Virus record (IMG/VR): IMGVR_UViG_3300029305_005547
Location: 1-64,000 of that record
Strand: one strand, 5' to 3'
Source: a virus
Lineage: Duplodnaviria > Caudoviricetes
Length of the DNA stretch: 64,000 nucleotides
In this document: positions 1 through 10,177 of the stretch, one piece after another
How the letters are laid out: the number at the start of each line of letters is the position of its first letter
Numbering within the stretch: the stretch's first letter is position 1
Notes under the pieces: generated by a model
The model's database searches: none
What the model saw: only the letters and a program-made list of their open reading frames with translations
What the model was told of the DNA's origin: nothing
Made by a program: the position numbers and the translations under genes

Positions 1-19
1 GAGGTCAAAAAAAAAAAAA

Positions 20-61
20 TGTATAATAGAGACTCGTCGTTCCTCCTCGTCTCTATTATAC
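20..61. repeat. 14-bp inverted repeat hairpin at window start, followed by a T-rich tract to ~245
   Basis: TGTATAATAGAGAC...GTCTCTATTATACA; downstream sequence almost free of G. Confidence 0.7.
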
Positions 62-384
62 ACTTCTTCTTTTTTCTTTCTTCCCTTTATTTATTTGTTT
101 ACTTTTTTATTATTTTTAATTTTTTATTTTTAATTTTTTATTCTTCTTTATTATTACTTTTTATCTTCTTTTTAATTTTTCTTTATTATTATTTAATTTT
201 ATTTTAATCTTTTTTATTTTTCTTTTAATCTTCTTTTAATCTTCTGACATCCTAATCCGTCCTACCATTAGATTTCGAAAATTTACTAAATTATTAATAC
301 TTTTATAAAAAAATATTATCAATATGAAATTTATATAACAAATTTTTCTTCCAAAATATTACTCTTAAATTATGAAAATAAATA

Positions 385-404
385 TATATTATTTTATTAG
401 AATA
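385..404 (+). promoter_or_regulatory. Putative early (virion RNAP) promoter TATATTATT-N6-GAATA
   Basis: TATATTATT core or close variant recurs at 7338, 7883, 19366, 24422, 25622, 27983, 30435, 41605, 48585, 56929, 58389, always upstream of + strand ORFs; resembles phiKZ early TATATTAC. Confidence 0.7.
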
Positions 405-426
405 AAAAAGAAAGGAAGTTTATCCA

Positions 427-879
427 ATGAGTAAGAAAAACAAAAAATCCAAAAAAGAAAAAGCTTTTGAAAGTTTTAATCTGGATGTCGGAAATATCGA
501 CTCATTTCATTCAAAACTTGATAAGCAGTATCAAGAGATTGTAGGTGATATTGAAGATATTCAGTATAAGATTTATCTTGCTGATAAGAAGAAGCAGAAG
601 AAACAGAAGAAGAAAATGAAGAAAGGTAAGATATCTTTCTATGAGCCTAAAAGTAAGAAAACAAGATTATGGGCTATTGAAGAACTTACCGGTGAGAAGA
701 TGTTTAACACAATTAAAACACTTCTTCTTGATTTAAAGCCTATCGTAATAATTATTGCTAAGATGATAATGGCTTTAATAGTATCTATTATGTCGTTAGA
801 TATTATTAAGGAGAAGATTTCAACATCTACTTTATCCAAAATTGATTCAATATATAATATGTGTAAGGCTATAGCATAA
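427..879 (+). CDS. hypothetical protein (Lys-rich, C-terminal hydrophobic segment)
   Basis: ORF with AAGGAAG RBS after early motif. Confidence 0.75.
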   Translation: MSKKNKKSKKEKAFESFNLDVGNIDSFHSKLDKQYQEIVGDIEDIQYKIYLADKKKQKKQKKKMKKGKISFYEPKSKKTRLWAIEELTGEKMFNTIKTLLLDLKPIVIIIAKMIMALIVSIMSLDIIKEKISTSTLSKIDSIYNMCKAIA

Positions 880-897
880 GAGAAAGGATGTGATCTT

Positions 898-1425
898 ATG
901 CTATATGCAGTTATTGATACAACTGCAAATTCACTTTCTGAAAAACTTATCGGATATCATGATAAAAAGAAGGTGGTTGCACAATATTATTATTCGTTAA
1001 GACAACTTGAAAATTCTTCCAAATACAAGTTTGTCAAGTGTAAAAAGAAACTCATTAAGAGTATACCGGATTATTTTGAATATTACTTAGTTCGGTTTGG
1101 AAGAAATTACATTCCATCGATGTTTTATAGTATGGCTAAAGATGACATACAAACCTTATGTTTTGAATATAAGTTTACGATGGATATTTTAATGCGTATT
1201 TTTGAATTGGAGAAAATATCTCAAAAAGATAAGGATACAATTGAAGAAGCTCTTTTCATAGTTCAAGATATTATGGATAAAGAGATGGATTGTGTTATAT
1301 CTCCAGATTCATTAAAGGACCAAGAACGCATGTATAATGAGTGGAGAAGTCAAATTATGTATGACGCTATTCCTCTTACAAAAGAAGATTGGGTACCTTT
1401 CTTTGATGGAGATGATCCAGAATAA
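898..1425 (+). CDS. hypothetical protein
   Basis: ORF with AAAGGA RBS. Confidence 0.75.
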   Translation: MLYAVIDTTANSLSEKLIGYHDKKKVVAQYYYSLRQLENSSKYKFVKCKKKLIKSIPDYFEYYLVRFGRNYIPSMFYSMAKDDIQTLCFEYKFTMDILMRIFELEKISQKDKDTIEEALFIVQDIMDKEMDCVISPDSLKDQERMYNEWRSQIMYDAIPLTKEDWVPFFDGDDPE

Positions 1426-1614
1426 GTTAGGTACTCTATCTAACTTATTAATTTAGTATCAAAATAAATTTTTAAGTATATTGAAAAATTATTTCGAAAA
1501 AGTATCGATGAATTTCGATAAATAAAAAAGAATAAATTCAAAAGTTATTTTACTTATTAGTTATCACAAGGACTAATGTGTATTTTAAATTTTTGGATAG
1601 AAAGGATATAGAAA

Positions 1615-1974
1615 ATGGCTTTGATAGATCCTAATAATCCTGTTCATTATCGTTTACCTGTAGAAGATAAAGTTGAACAGATGGATGCTTTAATTCAATC
1701 TGCAAAAGAAGAAGTTGAAAGATTGAATAAGTCACTTGATGAAGTTATTGGTAAAATTGATGAAAATGAAAAAGAAGCTTTGATCGCATATATTAGTAAC
1801 AAGACATCTGTAAATGAAACGAAAATGCAACTTACTCAGATGAGTTGTAATATTGAAAAGATGCATTTAGAAAATGAAATTTTCGAACTTAAGACAAAAA
1901 TCAATATGTATCGTTTTATGGCAGGAATTGAAGGAATTTTGTTAATATGCAGTATTATAGCTTCAATTAATTAA
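1615..1974 (+). CDS. coiled-coil protein with C-terminal TM helix
   Basis: heptad-rich sequence, hydrophobic C-terminus, RBS. Confidence 0.7.
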   Translation: MALIDPNNPVHYRLPVEDKVEQMDALIQSAKEEVERLNKSLDEVIGKIDENEKEALIAYISNKTSVNETKMQLTQMSCNIEKMHLENEIFELKTKINMYRFMAGIEGILLICSIIASIN

Positions 1975-1987
1975 AAGAGGTTTTAAT

Positions 1988-2227
1988 ATGGAAATACTAA
2001 AATTTTATGCACATGATGGGTTTACAGAATATCTTATGTGTGGTATTTGTATACTGCTTATAGCAGGTATTATAAAATTATGGTGTATGGCAAATTCTGA
2101 AGAAACTATGATTGAATATATTCTGAATAGGATATTTATGTCAGTAGGTGTAATAGTAGTATTCTTTGTACTTGTAGCTTTATGCAGTTATTTTTGCTAT
2201 ATATTTCAAACTGTAATAATTATATAG
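1988..2227 (+). CDS. small two-TM membrane protein
   Basis: two hydrophobic stretches, GAGG RBS. Confidence 0.65.
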   Translation: MEILKFYAHDGFTEYLMCGICILLIAGIIKLWCMANSEETMIEYILNRIFMSVGVIVVFFVLVALCSYFCYIFQTVIII

Positions 2228-2240
2228 GAAAAGGAAAAAG

Positions 2241-2507
2241 ATGAAAAAGACAAATGAAAATATAGGTAAAAAAGTCTATGCTATTATACACAAACCATAT
2301 GGATTTGTGGTTATAAAAGCAATAACCACAGATTATTACCCATCAGTTGAAATGTATTCAGTAAAAGAAATAAGTTCTACTGAAACGAATACGCCTGAAT
2401 ATATTATTAAAGCATGTAGGATATTTACAAAAAATATTGATGCTGTAAAATATAAAAATACTTTGACTGACTTTTCTAGAAAAGGTCATATTCCAGCTTT
2501 GTTATAG
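2241..2507 (+). CDS. hypothetical protein
   Basis: ORF with RBS in operon. Confidence 0.65.
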   Translation: MKKTNENIGKKVYAIIHKPYGFVVIKAITTDYYPSVEMYSVKEISSTETNTPEYIIKACRIFTKNIDAVKYKNTLTDFSRKGHIPALL

Positions 2508-2524
2508 GAAAGGAAACGTTAACT

Positions 2525-3388
2525 ATGAAAGAAATTATGAAAAAGATGATCTTAATAGTTGGAAAGACTAGATCATCCAAAGATACTTTTGCACGTCTTT
2601 TGAAAGAAAGATATGATGTGGAACCTATTGTAAGTTTCACAACAAGACCGATTAGAGCTAATGAAGTAGATGGAAGAGAGCATTGGTTTATTACTAAAGA
2701 AAGAATGCAGGAGATTAAAGATACAGGAAAGATGATAGCATATACCATTAATGAAAAAACAGGAATTGAGTATTGCGCTACATATGAAGAACTCGATCCT
2801 AAGAGATGGTATAGTTACATCATAAATCCTGAAGGAATAAGATATTTCTTAGCACATGCACCTAAAGATCTTTTTATTCATATCATATATTGTGACTGTG
2901 ATGAAAAAGTTCTCGCAACAAGAGGAGAAGGAAGAGGAGAAGATCCGGCTGTATTTTTAAAACGATTAGAATCAGAACGTTTTGAATTTGATTACTTTAA
3001 AGATAAATGGGTTAATTTTATTAATGGGATAATTAAGACTGATGAAATTCCATATGATGAGATGCCCAATGTAACAGAGATAATCTTCAATAAAGCTAAT
3101 GAAGCGTATTCTACATTTGCTTGTTCTTATGTATCAACAGCAAACCATGTAGTTAATGAATATTCAGAAGGAGATTATGCTATTTTACATAATTTCCATG
3201 GAAAGAAACATCTGGAAAAAGTTTCTATTAAGAAAATTTATACAGATGCTAAAAGGTTTGATGAACCTTATGTTGTAGTTTATGAATACCCGGATACATG
3301 TTTCAGATTATCTGATATTAAGAAAAAACCTGAAACTATTTTTGAATGGATCAGGGTTAATATTAATATCAAAAAGTGGTTTATGTAA
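2525..3388 (+). CDS. gmk: guanylate kinase-like nucleotide kinase with C-terminal extension
   Basis: variant P-loop GKTRSSKDT; GK signature SFTTRPIRANEVDGREHWFI; INPEG. Confidence 0.8.
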   Translation: MKEIMKKMILIVGKTRSSKDTFARLLKERYDVEPIVSFTTRPIRANEVDGREHWFITKERMQEIKDTGKMIAYTINEKTGIEYCATYEELDPKRWYSYIINPEGIRYFLAHAPKDLFIHIIYCDCDEKVLATRGEGRGEDPAVFLKRLESERFEFDYFKDKWVNFINGIIKTDEIPYDEMPNVTEIIFNKANEAYSTFACSYVSTANHVVNEYSEGDYAILHNFHGKKHLEKVSIKKIYTDAKRFDEPYVVVYEYPDTCFRLSDIKKKPETIFEWIRVNINIKKWFM

Positions 3389-3461
3389 TATGATAACTAG
3401 AGAATCTGGTGTACCGTAAATGATACACCAGATTCAATATATTTTATAAGGAGACCTAAAA

Positions 3462-4406
3462 ATGAGTAAAAGTAACTTAATAGTATGTTTTCCTTTTATC
3501 GACCAGAAAGAAGGGTTTGAATACCTTACTGAATTAAATATTCCTTTTTTAAATATTAATTATGGATATTTCCGTTTTTATGAAAGAGGATATACTGAAA
3601 AAGAAAAGAAAGACTGCGACGCATCCATGCGTATTGGTTATGAAGGACTTATGAAACATATAAAAGATGTTCCTTCTATGAAAGAAGTTAACAGAAACTT
3701 TGAAAAAGATGTAACCAGGTTTCTTAACGATACTCTTATGAGTGAAAAATATGAATTCATATTTATTGAATTTGACCCAGAGATTATCAGGTATCTTACA
3801 GATAACCAAATCAAATTCTCTGTTGTTTATCCGTTAGAACACCTTAAATTTTATTATGTGGGAAAAGAATATTGTAAGACAGTATCTAAACCTGCACCAT
3901 TTTCACATTATCCATCAAGACTTATTTGTGATATGTGGGATGATTTTATTAAAAAGTATGATAGTATAAATGACGGTACTGCATACAGACTTAAGGAAGG
4001 AGAAAATTTAGTATCATTTTTAAAGTTCTGGATCGGATTTGAAGGTCGTGATAATTATCAACCTAATAAAACTTATGAAGCTGAGTTTGGAATGCTTAAG
4101 AATATATATGGAATGCTTTCTTCAGGATCACTAGATCTTAGTAGAGATCCTGTGCATTTTATTCCATGCTCTAATAATTATCTGAAGAATAATGGAAGAA
4201 TATATATTACTGAAGATGCGATGATTACTATGATAAATGCGTATCATATTAAACAAACACCACCATTCTCTGACAAAGACATTATAAATACTTTGTCGTA
4301 TTTTAGTCTTTTAGATAGACCGAAAAATACTAAGTATCGTGTTGTGAATGGAACTAAGATGTATGTTATATATGAATCTGCATTAAAAACAATTATATTT
4401 CAATAA
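3462..4406 (+). CDS. degenerate P-loop/NMP-kinase-like phage protein with C-terminal extension
   Basis: IVCFPFIDQK resembles eroded (S/A)FPGxGK; VVYP...WDDFI...LKEGENL pattern of a phage kinase-like family. Confidence 0.45.
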   Translation: MSKSNLIVCFPFIDQKEGFEYLTELNIPFLNINYGYFRFYERGYTEKEKKDCDASMRIGYEGLMKHIKDVPSMKEVNRNFEKDVTRFLNDTLMSEKYEFIFIEFDPEIIRYLTDNQIKFSVVYPLEHLKFYYVGKEYCKTVSKPAPFSHYPSRLICDMWDDFIKKYDSINDGTAYRLKEGENLVSFLKFWIGFEGRDNYQPNKTYEAEFGMLKNIYGMLSSGSLDLSRDPVHFIPCSNNYLKNNGRIYITEDAMITMINAYHIKQTPPFSDKDIINTLSYFSLLDRPKNTKYRVVNGTKMYVIYESALKTIIFQ

Positions 4407-4419
4407 TAACTAAGTTAAC

Positions 4420-4452
4420 GATAGAGGTTGGAAACTAATTCCAACCTCTATC
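4420..4452. terminator. bidirectional intrinsic terminator
   Basis: 14-bp stem GATAGAGGTTGGAA/TTCCAACCTCTATC between convergent genes. Confidence 0.8.
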
Positions 4453-4457
4453 ATTTT

Positions 4458-7253
4458 TTATATTAAAATATCATCCAAATCAACTTCTGTAAATTTAATT
4501 ACGTTGTCATGGAATTTTTTCATATTGTATTTAGTAAGAGCATTACCAATACGAGATGCGGATAATCCAATTGCTTTATTATCAAGCATATAATAGAAAT
4601 CACCACCACAAATATTACAGATCTCACCCTTTTGTGTTTTAACACAAGTCATAGGAGTTCTAAGCTCTACCACTTTTCCAACATATTTTTTGATATTATC
4701 AGAAGTAAGTAAAACTGGTTTACCCATAACCATGATATATCTGTACATGTAATTTTTGTAGTTATCTTCTGTAAGTTCCATTTTAATTCCGCGTTTAGTT
4801 TGACAATCACTGTCTTTATCACCTAAAAATTCTGTCTGACATTCAGCAAGAAGCTTTTTCGAAATATAGCCAGAGTCTCTAGTTCCGCAAGCTTTCGGAT
4901 AGGCTCCTTCAAGAATTGTATTAGATGAAATAGGAATATCTTTAATTGCGAGACCATCATTAAGAGAATTCTGTACAACCTCATATTGACCAGTTGCTCT
5001 ATTATATACAGCACCTCTCATAAGAGCGATGTTTTTATAGTTATTTCCTAAACTACCACGAGCACCGGAATTATAAAGATCCATACCAATATCATCTTTA
5101 AATACTTCTTTAGTCTTAGCAATAAGTTGTTTTTCAATTTCAGCTGCTATAGTAGCATCACCACTAGCAAGCTCTTTTTCATACTTCTTAAATAATTCTT
5201 TCTTCAGTTTTTCAACTTCAGGATGAATTTTAATTGTTGCAGGTGTAAATGATGGTGTTACGAGAACATGACCTTGTAAAGACATCCAGTCTCTTGTATC
5301 AACATATACATACATTTGATCAGTTGTTATACGTCCTTCAAGTAATGCAGTAGCAATAGTTCTTTCAACTCCACCTAGAAATGCACCTTCAGTCATTTCT
5401 GTATTTATATATCCTAAAATATTAACCATTCCAGATTTTTCAATAAGACCTTTATTGAAAATAAATCTACCTATAGTTGTATCAATAGGTTCTTTATTAT
5501 TACAATAAGTTCCAACTGGAATAGTCATAGTATCCTCTGGATTATATTTCGGATAATATCCATCAGGATGCTCTGTATGACCAAATAATTCAACCAATTT
5601 ATCAAATGTAATGTCATCAGGAGTTAACTTTGTTAAATTATGAATTTCTGACACATTGAGTGACTTATTTGATTTATTTGGATTCTTGGTCATATTATAA
5701 AATGTCTGAATAGCTTCAATCTCTACAAAACGAACTAATGAACCGTCCATTCTTACAAAGAATGAAGGTCTATTCATAACTCTTTCACATTCATCGTTTG
5801 CTTCCTGAGACCACATAATTTTCATAGTTGTTTGATCTCCGTCATAGTCACCGTCAAGTCCAGGCAAATATGAATTCGAAAATCTTACTGAGTCGATAAA
5901 TAATGTAGGTACTTTACTATCAGGAAGATTTAAATCAATATCAGGATAAAAAGGATAAACCTTTTCTCCAACTTGCATAGGTATTGTCTTAGAAGTACTA
6001 AGTACTCTAATCCTTGAAACAAACAGACCATATTGGTCAATTAACGGATAACGTGTTACAATAACATGCTTATCTTTAATAATATCTTCACACGCCATAT
6101 AGAACACATCAGTCCATGTCATTTTTCTGTTTGCAATTGTTGCAAGTTCATCTTTATTTTTCATATCATATCTAGTTCCATGGAAGATAAGGTAAGATGT
6201 CTTACCATTCTTTAATGGAATTTCGATAGGTTTAAATCTTGTATCAGGATCCTTTATATACGAATCCATTTTCTTTTTTAAGAATTTATCAGTAAACACC
6301 AATTCAGGATTTTCCATTTCTACAAGAGAAATCACTTTTCCAGTTTTAGTATCTATTAAATTCTTTTGAGAATCATTCATTAATTCTCGTTCAAAAAATC
6401 CCTTAACCCAATTCATTACAAACGGATGAGCTAAGGATAATACTTGGGCAATAGGAATACCAGTATATCTAAAATTAACCTGCATATCTTCAGGTTTATT
6501 TGCGTGAAATGAAGTAGCTGTGATTACAGTACGTGTACAAAGGTCAACGTTTTTACCCATAAGGTATTTACGAAGTAAACCATTTTTAGACTGTAATTTT
6601 TCTTTAAAGTAATCATAACAATCTACGATTAAATTTTGAATAGCTGCCTGAGAAGAATATAAATTAAAGTTAAATACATCGTTTTCTTTTAAAATAGAAG
6701 CTAAACGAATTGCATTCACATAAAAGTTATTAATCTCAGGAACTTTACCACCACCAGAAGATGACGTAACGTCTCTATAAAATGGAGGAATTACAATAAG
6801 TTTTGACATGAAAACTTCAGCTTTTTTAGATTTCATTACCACATCTATACGTTCATTTCTTGCAGGTGAATCTGTATATTCCCACTTAATTTTTTCCCAG
6901 TTATCATATAAAAATTGGACACCTGTTTCTCCATGAATTTCATCAGATAATACAAGATGACCTTCACTGTTGATGGTATAAAAGGATGATCCATCAACTA
7001 TTTTTTCAACGTTTCTGAAAAATCTTTTGATTATCTTATATATATGAGGATGGAAGAATATGTGCCCTAAATCAATATACGCAAAGGTTTCTTTACGATC
7101 CTTTGGCGTCATACCAAAAATCTGAGTACTAAAGAGTCCTTCCGGATGAGCTATATTTCCTCGTTGCATCATAACGTGAGATGTAACAGGTTTAAGATTA
7201 TTCACCAAGATAAACTCGTCAGTATTAAGTAATTGGACTTTCAATCTTGTCAC
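4458..7253 (-). CDS. rpoC: phage multisubunit RNA polymerase beta' subunit (probably virion RNAP), N-terminus to trigger loop
   Basis: GLFSTQIFG, LMGKNVD..RTVI, RYP, catalytic GDYDGD, SGARGS, TRDSGYISKKL, Zn site RTPMTC..ICNIC, ends just after MKKFH; late promoter upstream. Confidence 0.93.
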   Translation of the reverse strand: MTRLKVQLLNTDEFILVNNLKPVTSHVMMQRGNIAHPEGLFSTQIFGMTPKDRKETFAYIDLGHIFFHPHIYKIIKRFFRNVEKIVDGSSFYTINSEGHLVLSDEIHGETGVQFLYDNWEKIKWEYTDSPARNERIDVVMKSKKAEVFMSKLIVIPPFYRDVTSSSGGGKVPEINNFYVNAIRLASILKENDVFNFNLYSSQAAIQNLIVDCYDYFKEKLQSKNGLLRKYLMGKNVDLCTRTVITATSFHANKPEDMQVNFRYTGIPIAQVLSLAHPFVMNWVKGFFERELMNDSQKNLIDTKTGKVISLVEMENPELVFTDKFLKKKMDSYIKDPDTRFKPIEIPLKNGKTSYLIFHGTRYDMKNKDELATIANRKMTWTDVFYMACEDIIKDKHVIVTRYPLIDQYGLFVSRIRVLSTSKTIPMQVGEKVYPFYPDIDLNLPDSKVPTLFIDSVRFSNSYLPGLDGDYDGDQTTMKIMWSQEANDECERVMNRPSFFVRMDGSLVRFVEIEAIQTFYNMTKNPNKSNKSLNVSEIHNLTKLTPDDITFDKLVELFGHTEHPDGYYPKYNPEDTMTIPVGTYCNNKEPIDTTIGRFIFNKGLIEKSGMVNILGYINTEMTEGAFLGGVERTIATALLEGRITTDQMYVYVDTRDWMSLQGHVLVTPSFTPATIKIHPEVEKLKKELFKKYEKELASGDATIAAEIEKQLIAKTKEVFKDDIGMDLYNSGARGSLGNNYKNIALMRGAVYNRATGQYEVVQNSLNDGLAIKDIPISSNTILEGAYPKACGTRDSGYISKKLLAECQTEFLGDKDSDCQTKRGIKMELTEDNYKNYMYRYIMVMGKPVLLTSDNIKKYVGKVVELRTPMTCVKTQKGEICNICGGDFYYMLDNKAIGLSASRIGNALTKYNMKKFHDNVIKFTEVDLDDILI

Positions 7254-7275
7254 CTACTTTCTTAGTTTATAGGAT

Positions 7276-7289
7276 TAAATTAGTGTTTT
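7276..7289 (-). promoter_or_regulatory. Putative late promoter AAACA-N6-TAA for RNAP beta'
   Basis: minus strand AAACA CTAATT TAA. Confidence 0.7.
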
Positions 7290-7373
7290 TTGGTTTTAAA
7301 TTAAGGGATATAAATTTTATGATACTAAAATTATTCATATATTATTTTTATATGATATATGGAGGGATATGAT

Positions 7374-7856
7374 ATGTATAAACTTGAAAATGTGTTAATT
7401 GAAACAAATGAATATCATACTCAATACATTCAAAAATGTAAAGCATTTAAAATACTTTTTAGTGGACATGATAAATGTAAATATTCATTTGGATTAGATG
7501 AATTTGATGCTGTCATTAATAGTAAAATGACAGTTAGAAAAGCAAAAAAGATAATATCTATTCAAGAGATTAATTTTGATGAATTAGATATTTTAAACTT
7601 GCCATTATTTATATGTGATTTATTAGGTAAAGATGGTAATAAACTTAAAAATAGCCCATGGTTATATTTAGTTGATTCAAAAAATCATTTATATGTAGAC
7701 TTATTTTATGCTGCAAAACTCCACATAATACCTATAGAAAGATATCAAAATGATTTATATTTTTCATTTGATGATTATGATGTAAAATTTAATGTAACTG
7801 TATTTAATACGCATGCTGTAATTTATATTACTGAGAAAATACGTCATATAAAATAA
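7374..7856 (+). CDS. hypothetical protein
   Basis: GGAGG RBS before ATG 7374; early motif at 7338. Confidence 0.65.
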   Translation: MYKLENVLIETNEYHTQYIQKCKAFKILFSGHDKCKYSFGLDEFDAVINSKMTVRKAKKIISIQEINFDELDILNLPLFICDLLGKDGNKLKNSPWLYLVDSKNHLYVDLFYAAKLHIIPIERYQNDLYFSFDDYDVKFNVTVFNTHAVIYITEKIRHIK

Positions 7857-7946
7857 AACCGTAAAGTCGGAATTTTCAGTGATATAATATTTTAGTGAAT
7901 ACAAGCTGATGACCTATAAAAATAAAAAAGAAAAGGAGATACACAA

Positions 7947-8372
7947 ATGGGAAAAGCTGAAAAATTCACAGACGTTTGCGGTTCTGAAGTTAAGGAAGAT
8001 ATCTTAAATCTTAAATGGTTTATGGTAAACTTCAAAGGTGATACAAATGGTACTGCATATTATTTCGGTAAAGATGAACTTGATGTTGTTCGTAGAAATA
8101 ATTTTACTGTAAATAATCTTGAAGATATTAATTACACACTTATTGAGGTTGACAATATACCTATTATAAGTAAAATGATTTATTTTATCGACAAAGATAA
8201 CAGACGTTATGTAGTTCTTTATACCGGAAGTGGTTCTTTCTTTAGGTTCCTTGAGAAGATATTTAGAGAAGGTAAACCACACCCTTCTGCGTTTGATTAT
8301 GAATTTGAAGATGGAAGAAGGTATTTTAAAGTGGTGGTTACTAATTACACCGTAGATCTATACGAGTTATAA
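7947..8372 (+). CDS. hypothetical protein
   Basis: AAGGAG RBS; early motif at 7883. Confidence 0.75.
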   Translation: MGKAEKFTDVCGSEVKEDILNLKWFMVNFKGDTNGTAYYFGKDELDVVRRNNFTVNNLEDINYTLIEVDNIPIISKMIYFIDKDNRRYVVLYTGSGSFFRFLEKIFREGKPHPSAFDYEFEDGRRYFKVVVTNYTVDLYEL

Positions 8373-8431
8373 ACAACTGAATACAAAATTAAATATGGTG
8401 GAGGCTTTTAGCCAAGAGCCGGAGGTTTATT

Positions 8432-8890
8432 ATGATGAAGAGAGAAATTAATGAAGAAACCCTAAATGTATTAGAATGGGGTAATATCGTTCCTGGTACA
8501 AGTATACCTACGATTGAAATTATTGATCCTAAATTAGAAGGTGATAATGAGGTCGTTGGTTATCTTCAGCCTTTTAGAGGATACAAGTTTCAAGTATCCG
8601 GTACTGCAAAAGGTTCAATGGATTTAGGTAGTACACGAGTTATAGGTCTTGGACACCTTATAAATATTACACATAAGACAGGACCTACATTCAACTCAAA
8701 TAGAAATATGGAGGGAATCAGCAAAGAATTGATATTAGCTATGATAAGTTTAGCAGTTACAAATTTCTGTCATAGCTCATACGGTTATGGTTATATACCT
8801 CCTCAAATGACAAATTCCAGAATCGATGAATTCGTTGATAGTTGTTATAAATGGATTTGTATTCACTCTTGTGATGGAGATGTTGAGTAG
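8432..8890 (+). CDS. hypothetical protein
   Basis: GGAGGT RBS. Confidence 0.75.
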   Translation: MMKREINEETLNVLEWGNIVPGTSIPTIEIIDPKLEGDNEVVGYLQPFRGYKFQVSGTAKGSMDLGSTRVIGLGHLINITHKTGPTFNSNRNMEGISKELILAMISLAVTNFCHSSYGYGYIPPQMTNSRIDEFVDSCYKWICIHSCDGDVE

Positions 8891-8903
8891 AGGAGGTGTT
8901 ATA

Positions 8904-9182
8904 ATGGTTTGGTACTATATAGCATTATGGTTAAGTGTAGGCATTAATATTTTCGCAGCCATATTGAATGCTAAAGCTAGAAAAAAGTACTTAGAATCAA
9001 AGAAAATATGCGATGATTGTATCGCATCATATGATAGCGTTGTAAAAGATCAACAAGAATTGATAAATGTGCTAATGCTTGAACGTGCAAACTGGTTAGA
9101 TAATGAGTTAGAAATTATCGACCTTGATGATGATCAAAATAAAAATAAAGAAGATGGAGGAAATGATCATGAAGAAAAATAA
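8904..9182 (+). CDS. membrane-anchored coiled-coil protein
   Basis: AGGAGGT RBS before ATG 8904; N-terminal TM. Confidence 0.7.
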   Translation: MVWYYIALWLSVGINIFAAILNAKARKKYLESKKICDDCIASYDSVVKDQQELINVLMLERANWLDNELEIIDLDDDQNKNKEDGGNDHEEK

Positions 9183-9819
9183 CACACTTGGAGCAATCGT
9201 AATTGGAGTAACCGCTGGAGCAATTGCTGGCGGAGTAGTAAAAGGAGTTACAATGTTATCTGAAAAGGTAAAGAAGCGTAACCAAAGAAATAAGTTTGTT
9301 GGAGTTTGTATTAAACCTATCAACCTTCAGCTATTTAAAGAAGTGAGTGATAAGGTATTAAAAGACCGTATAAAAGAATCTGTTGAAACAATGGATAATC
9401 TATATACAAAGGAATGTGAATTTATCGCTACATGCGATAAGATTTTCCCGGTAGTACAGTCGCTTGCTGATACACTTGATGAACTTATGGAAGCAGTAAC
9501 CAAGTCTGAAGCAGATTCTGACGAAGTTGCAAAAATTGCAAAACGTTACTATGATCTTAAAGAAGAAGTTCTTAGGTATTATGAAACTTACAAATTAGAT
9601 GAAGACGAAGATTGCTTCGTTGATGAATCTATCGAAAATGAATGGGAACATGATTCTTATGATGAAAATACTACAGAAAGGACATCCGAAGAATTGACGG
9701 ATGAGAGTGATACAAATGGAATTACAGGTGATGGAGATAAGAAGTCAGAAGAGAGTACAGGAGAGCAGTCCTGTGATGCAGAAGATCAGAGCAAGAAGAG
9801 CGAAGGAGGAGAAGCTTAA
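9169..9819 (+). CDS. hypothetical protein with N-terminal hydrophobic GxxxG helix and acidic tail
   Basis: GGAGG RBS before ATG 9169. Confidence 0.7.
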   Translation: MKKNNTLGAIVIGVTAGAIAGGVVKGVTMLSEKVKKRNQRNKFVGVCIKPINLQLFKEVSDKVLKDRIKESVETMDNLYTKECEFIATCDKIFPVVQSLADTLDELMEAVTKSEADSDEVAKIAKRYYDLKEEVLRYYETYKLDEDEDCFVDESIENEWEHDSYDENTTERTSEELTDESDTNGITGDGDKKSEESTGEQSCDAEDQSKKSEGGEA

Positions 9820-10153
9820 ACAGCTTAGAATCCGTATTGCTATTATTGGTAGCTGTATCGTTTCTATAGTAATAATGCTTGGATTTGTAGTATCAGCAAA
9901 AGCTGAAGAGAAAGCTTATCTGGATAATCTTAATAACTACGATAAGTATTATACACAAGTATATATTGACTCAAGTACAGATACGGTTTGGGGTCTCTTT
10001 GATGAGATTACAAGCAAGTATCCTGATACAGGAAACTATGATAGAGAAGATTGGATTGAAGAGGTTCGATATATGAACCACTTAGATTACGAATGCTCTA
10101 TTACATACGGCAACTACATTGCAGTACCGTATTTGAACGGAGAGAAGAACTAG
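9701..10153 (+). CDS. YneA-like membrane protein with LysM-like domain (start uncertain)
   Basis: TM helix then KYYTQVYI..DTVW...WIEEVRYMNHL...ITYGNYIAVPY, like Lachnospiraceae YneA/LysM proteins. Confidence 0.65.
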   Translation: MRVIQMELQVMEIRSQKRVQESSPVMQKIRARRAKEEKLKQLRIRIAIIGSCIVSIVIMLGFVVSAKAEEKAYLDNLNNYDKYYTQVYIDSSTDTVWGLFDEITSKYPDTGNYDREDWIEEVRYMNHLDYECSITYGNYIAVPYLNGEKN

Positions 10154-10173
10154 GTGGAATCCACCTAGTTCTT
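10145..10173. terminator. bidirectional terminator
   Basis: near-perfect palindrome AAGAACTAGGTGGA/TCCACCTAGTTCTT. Confidence 0.8.
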
Positions 10174-10177
10174 TTTA

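Noticed and set aside
19-207. 62-aa Phe/Leu-rich ORF
   Set aside because: By-product of the T-rich low-complexity tract.
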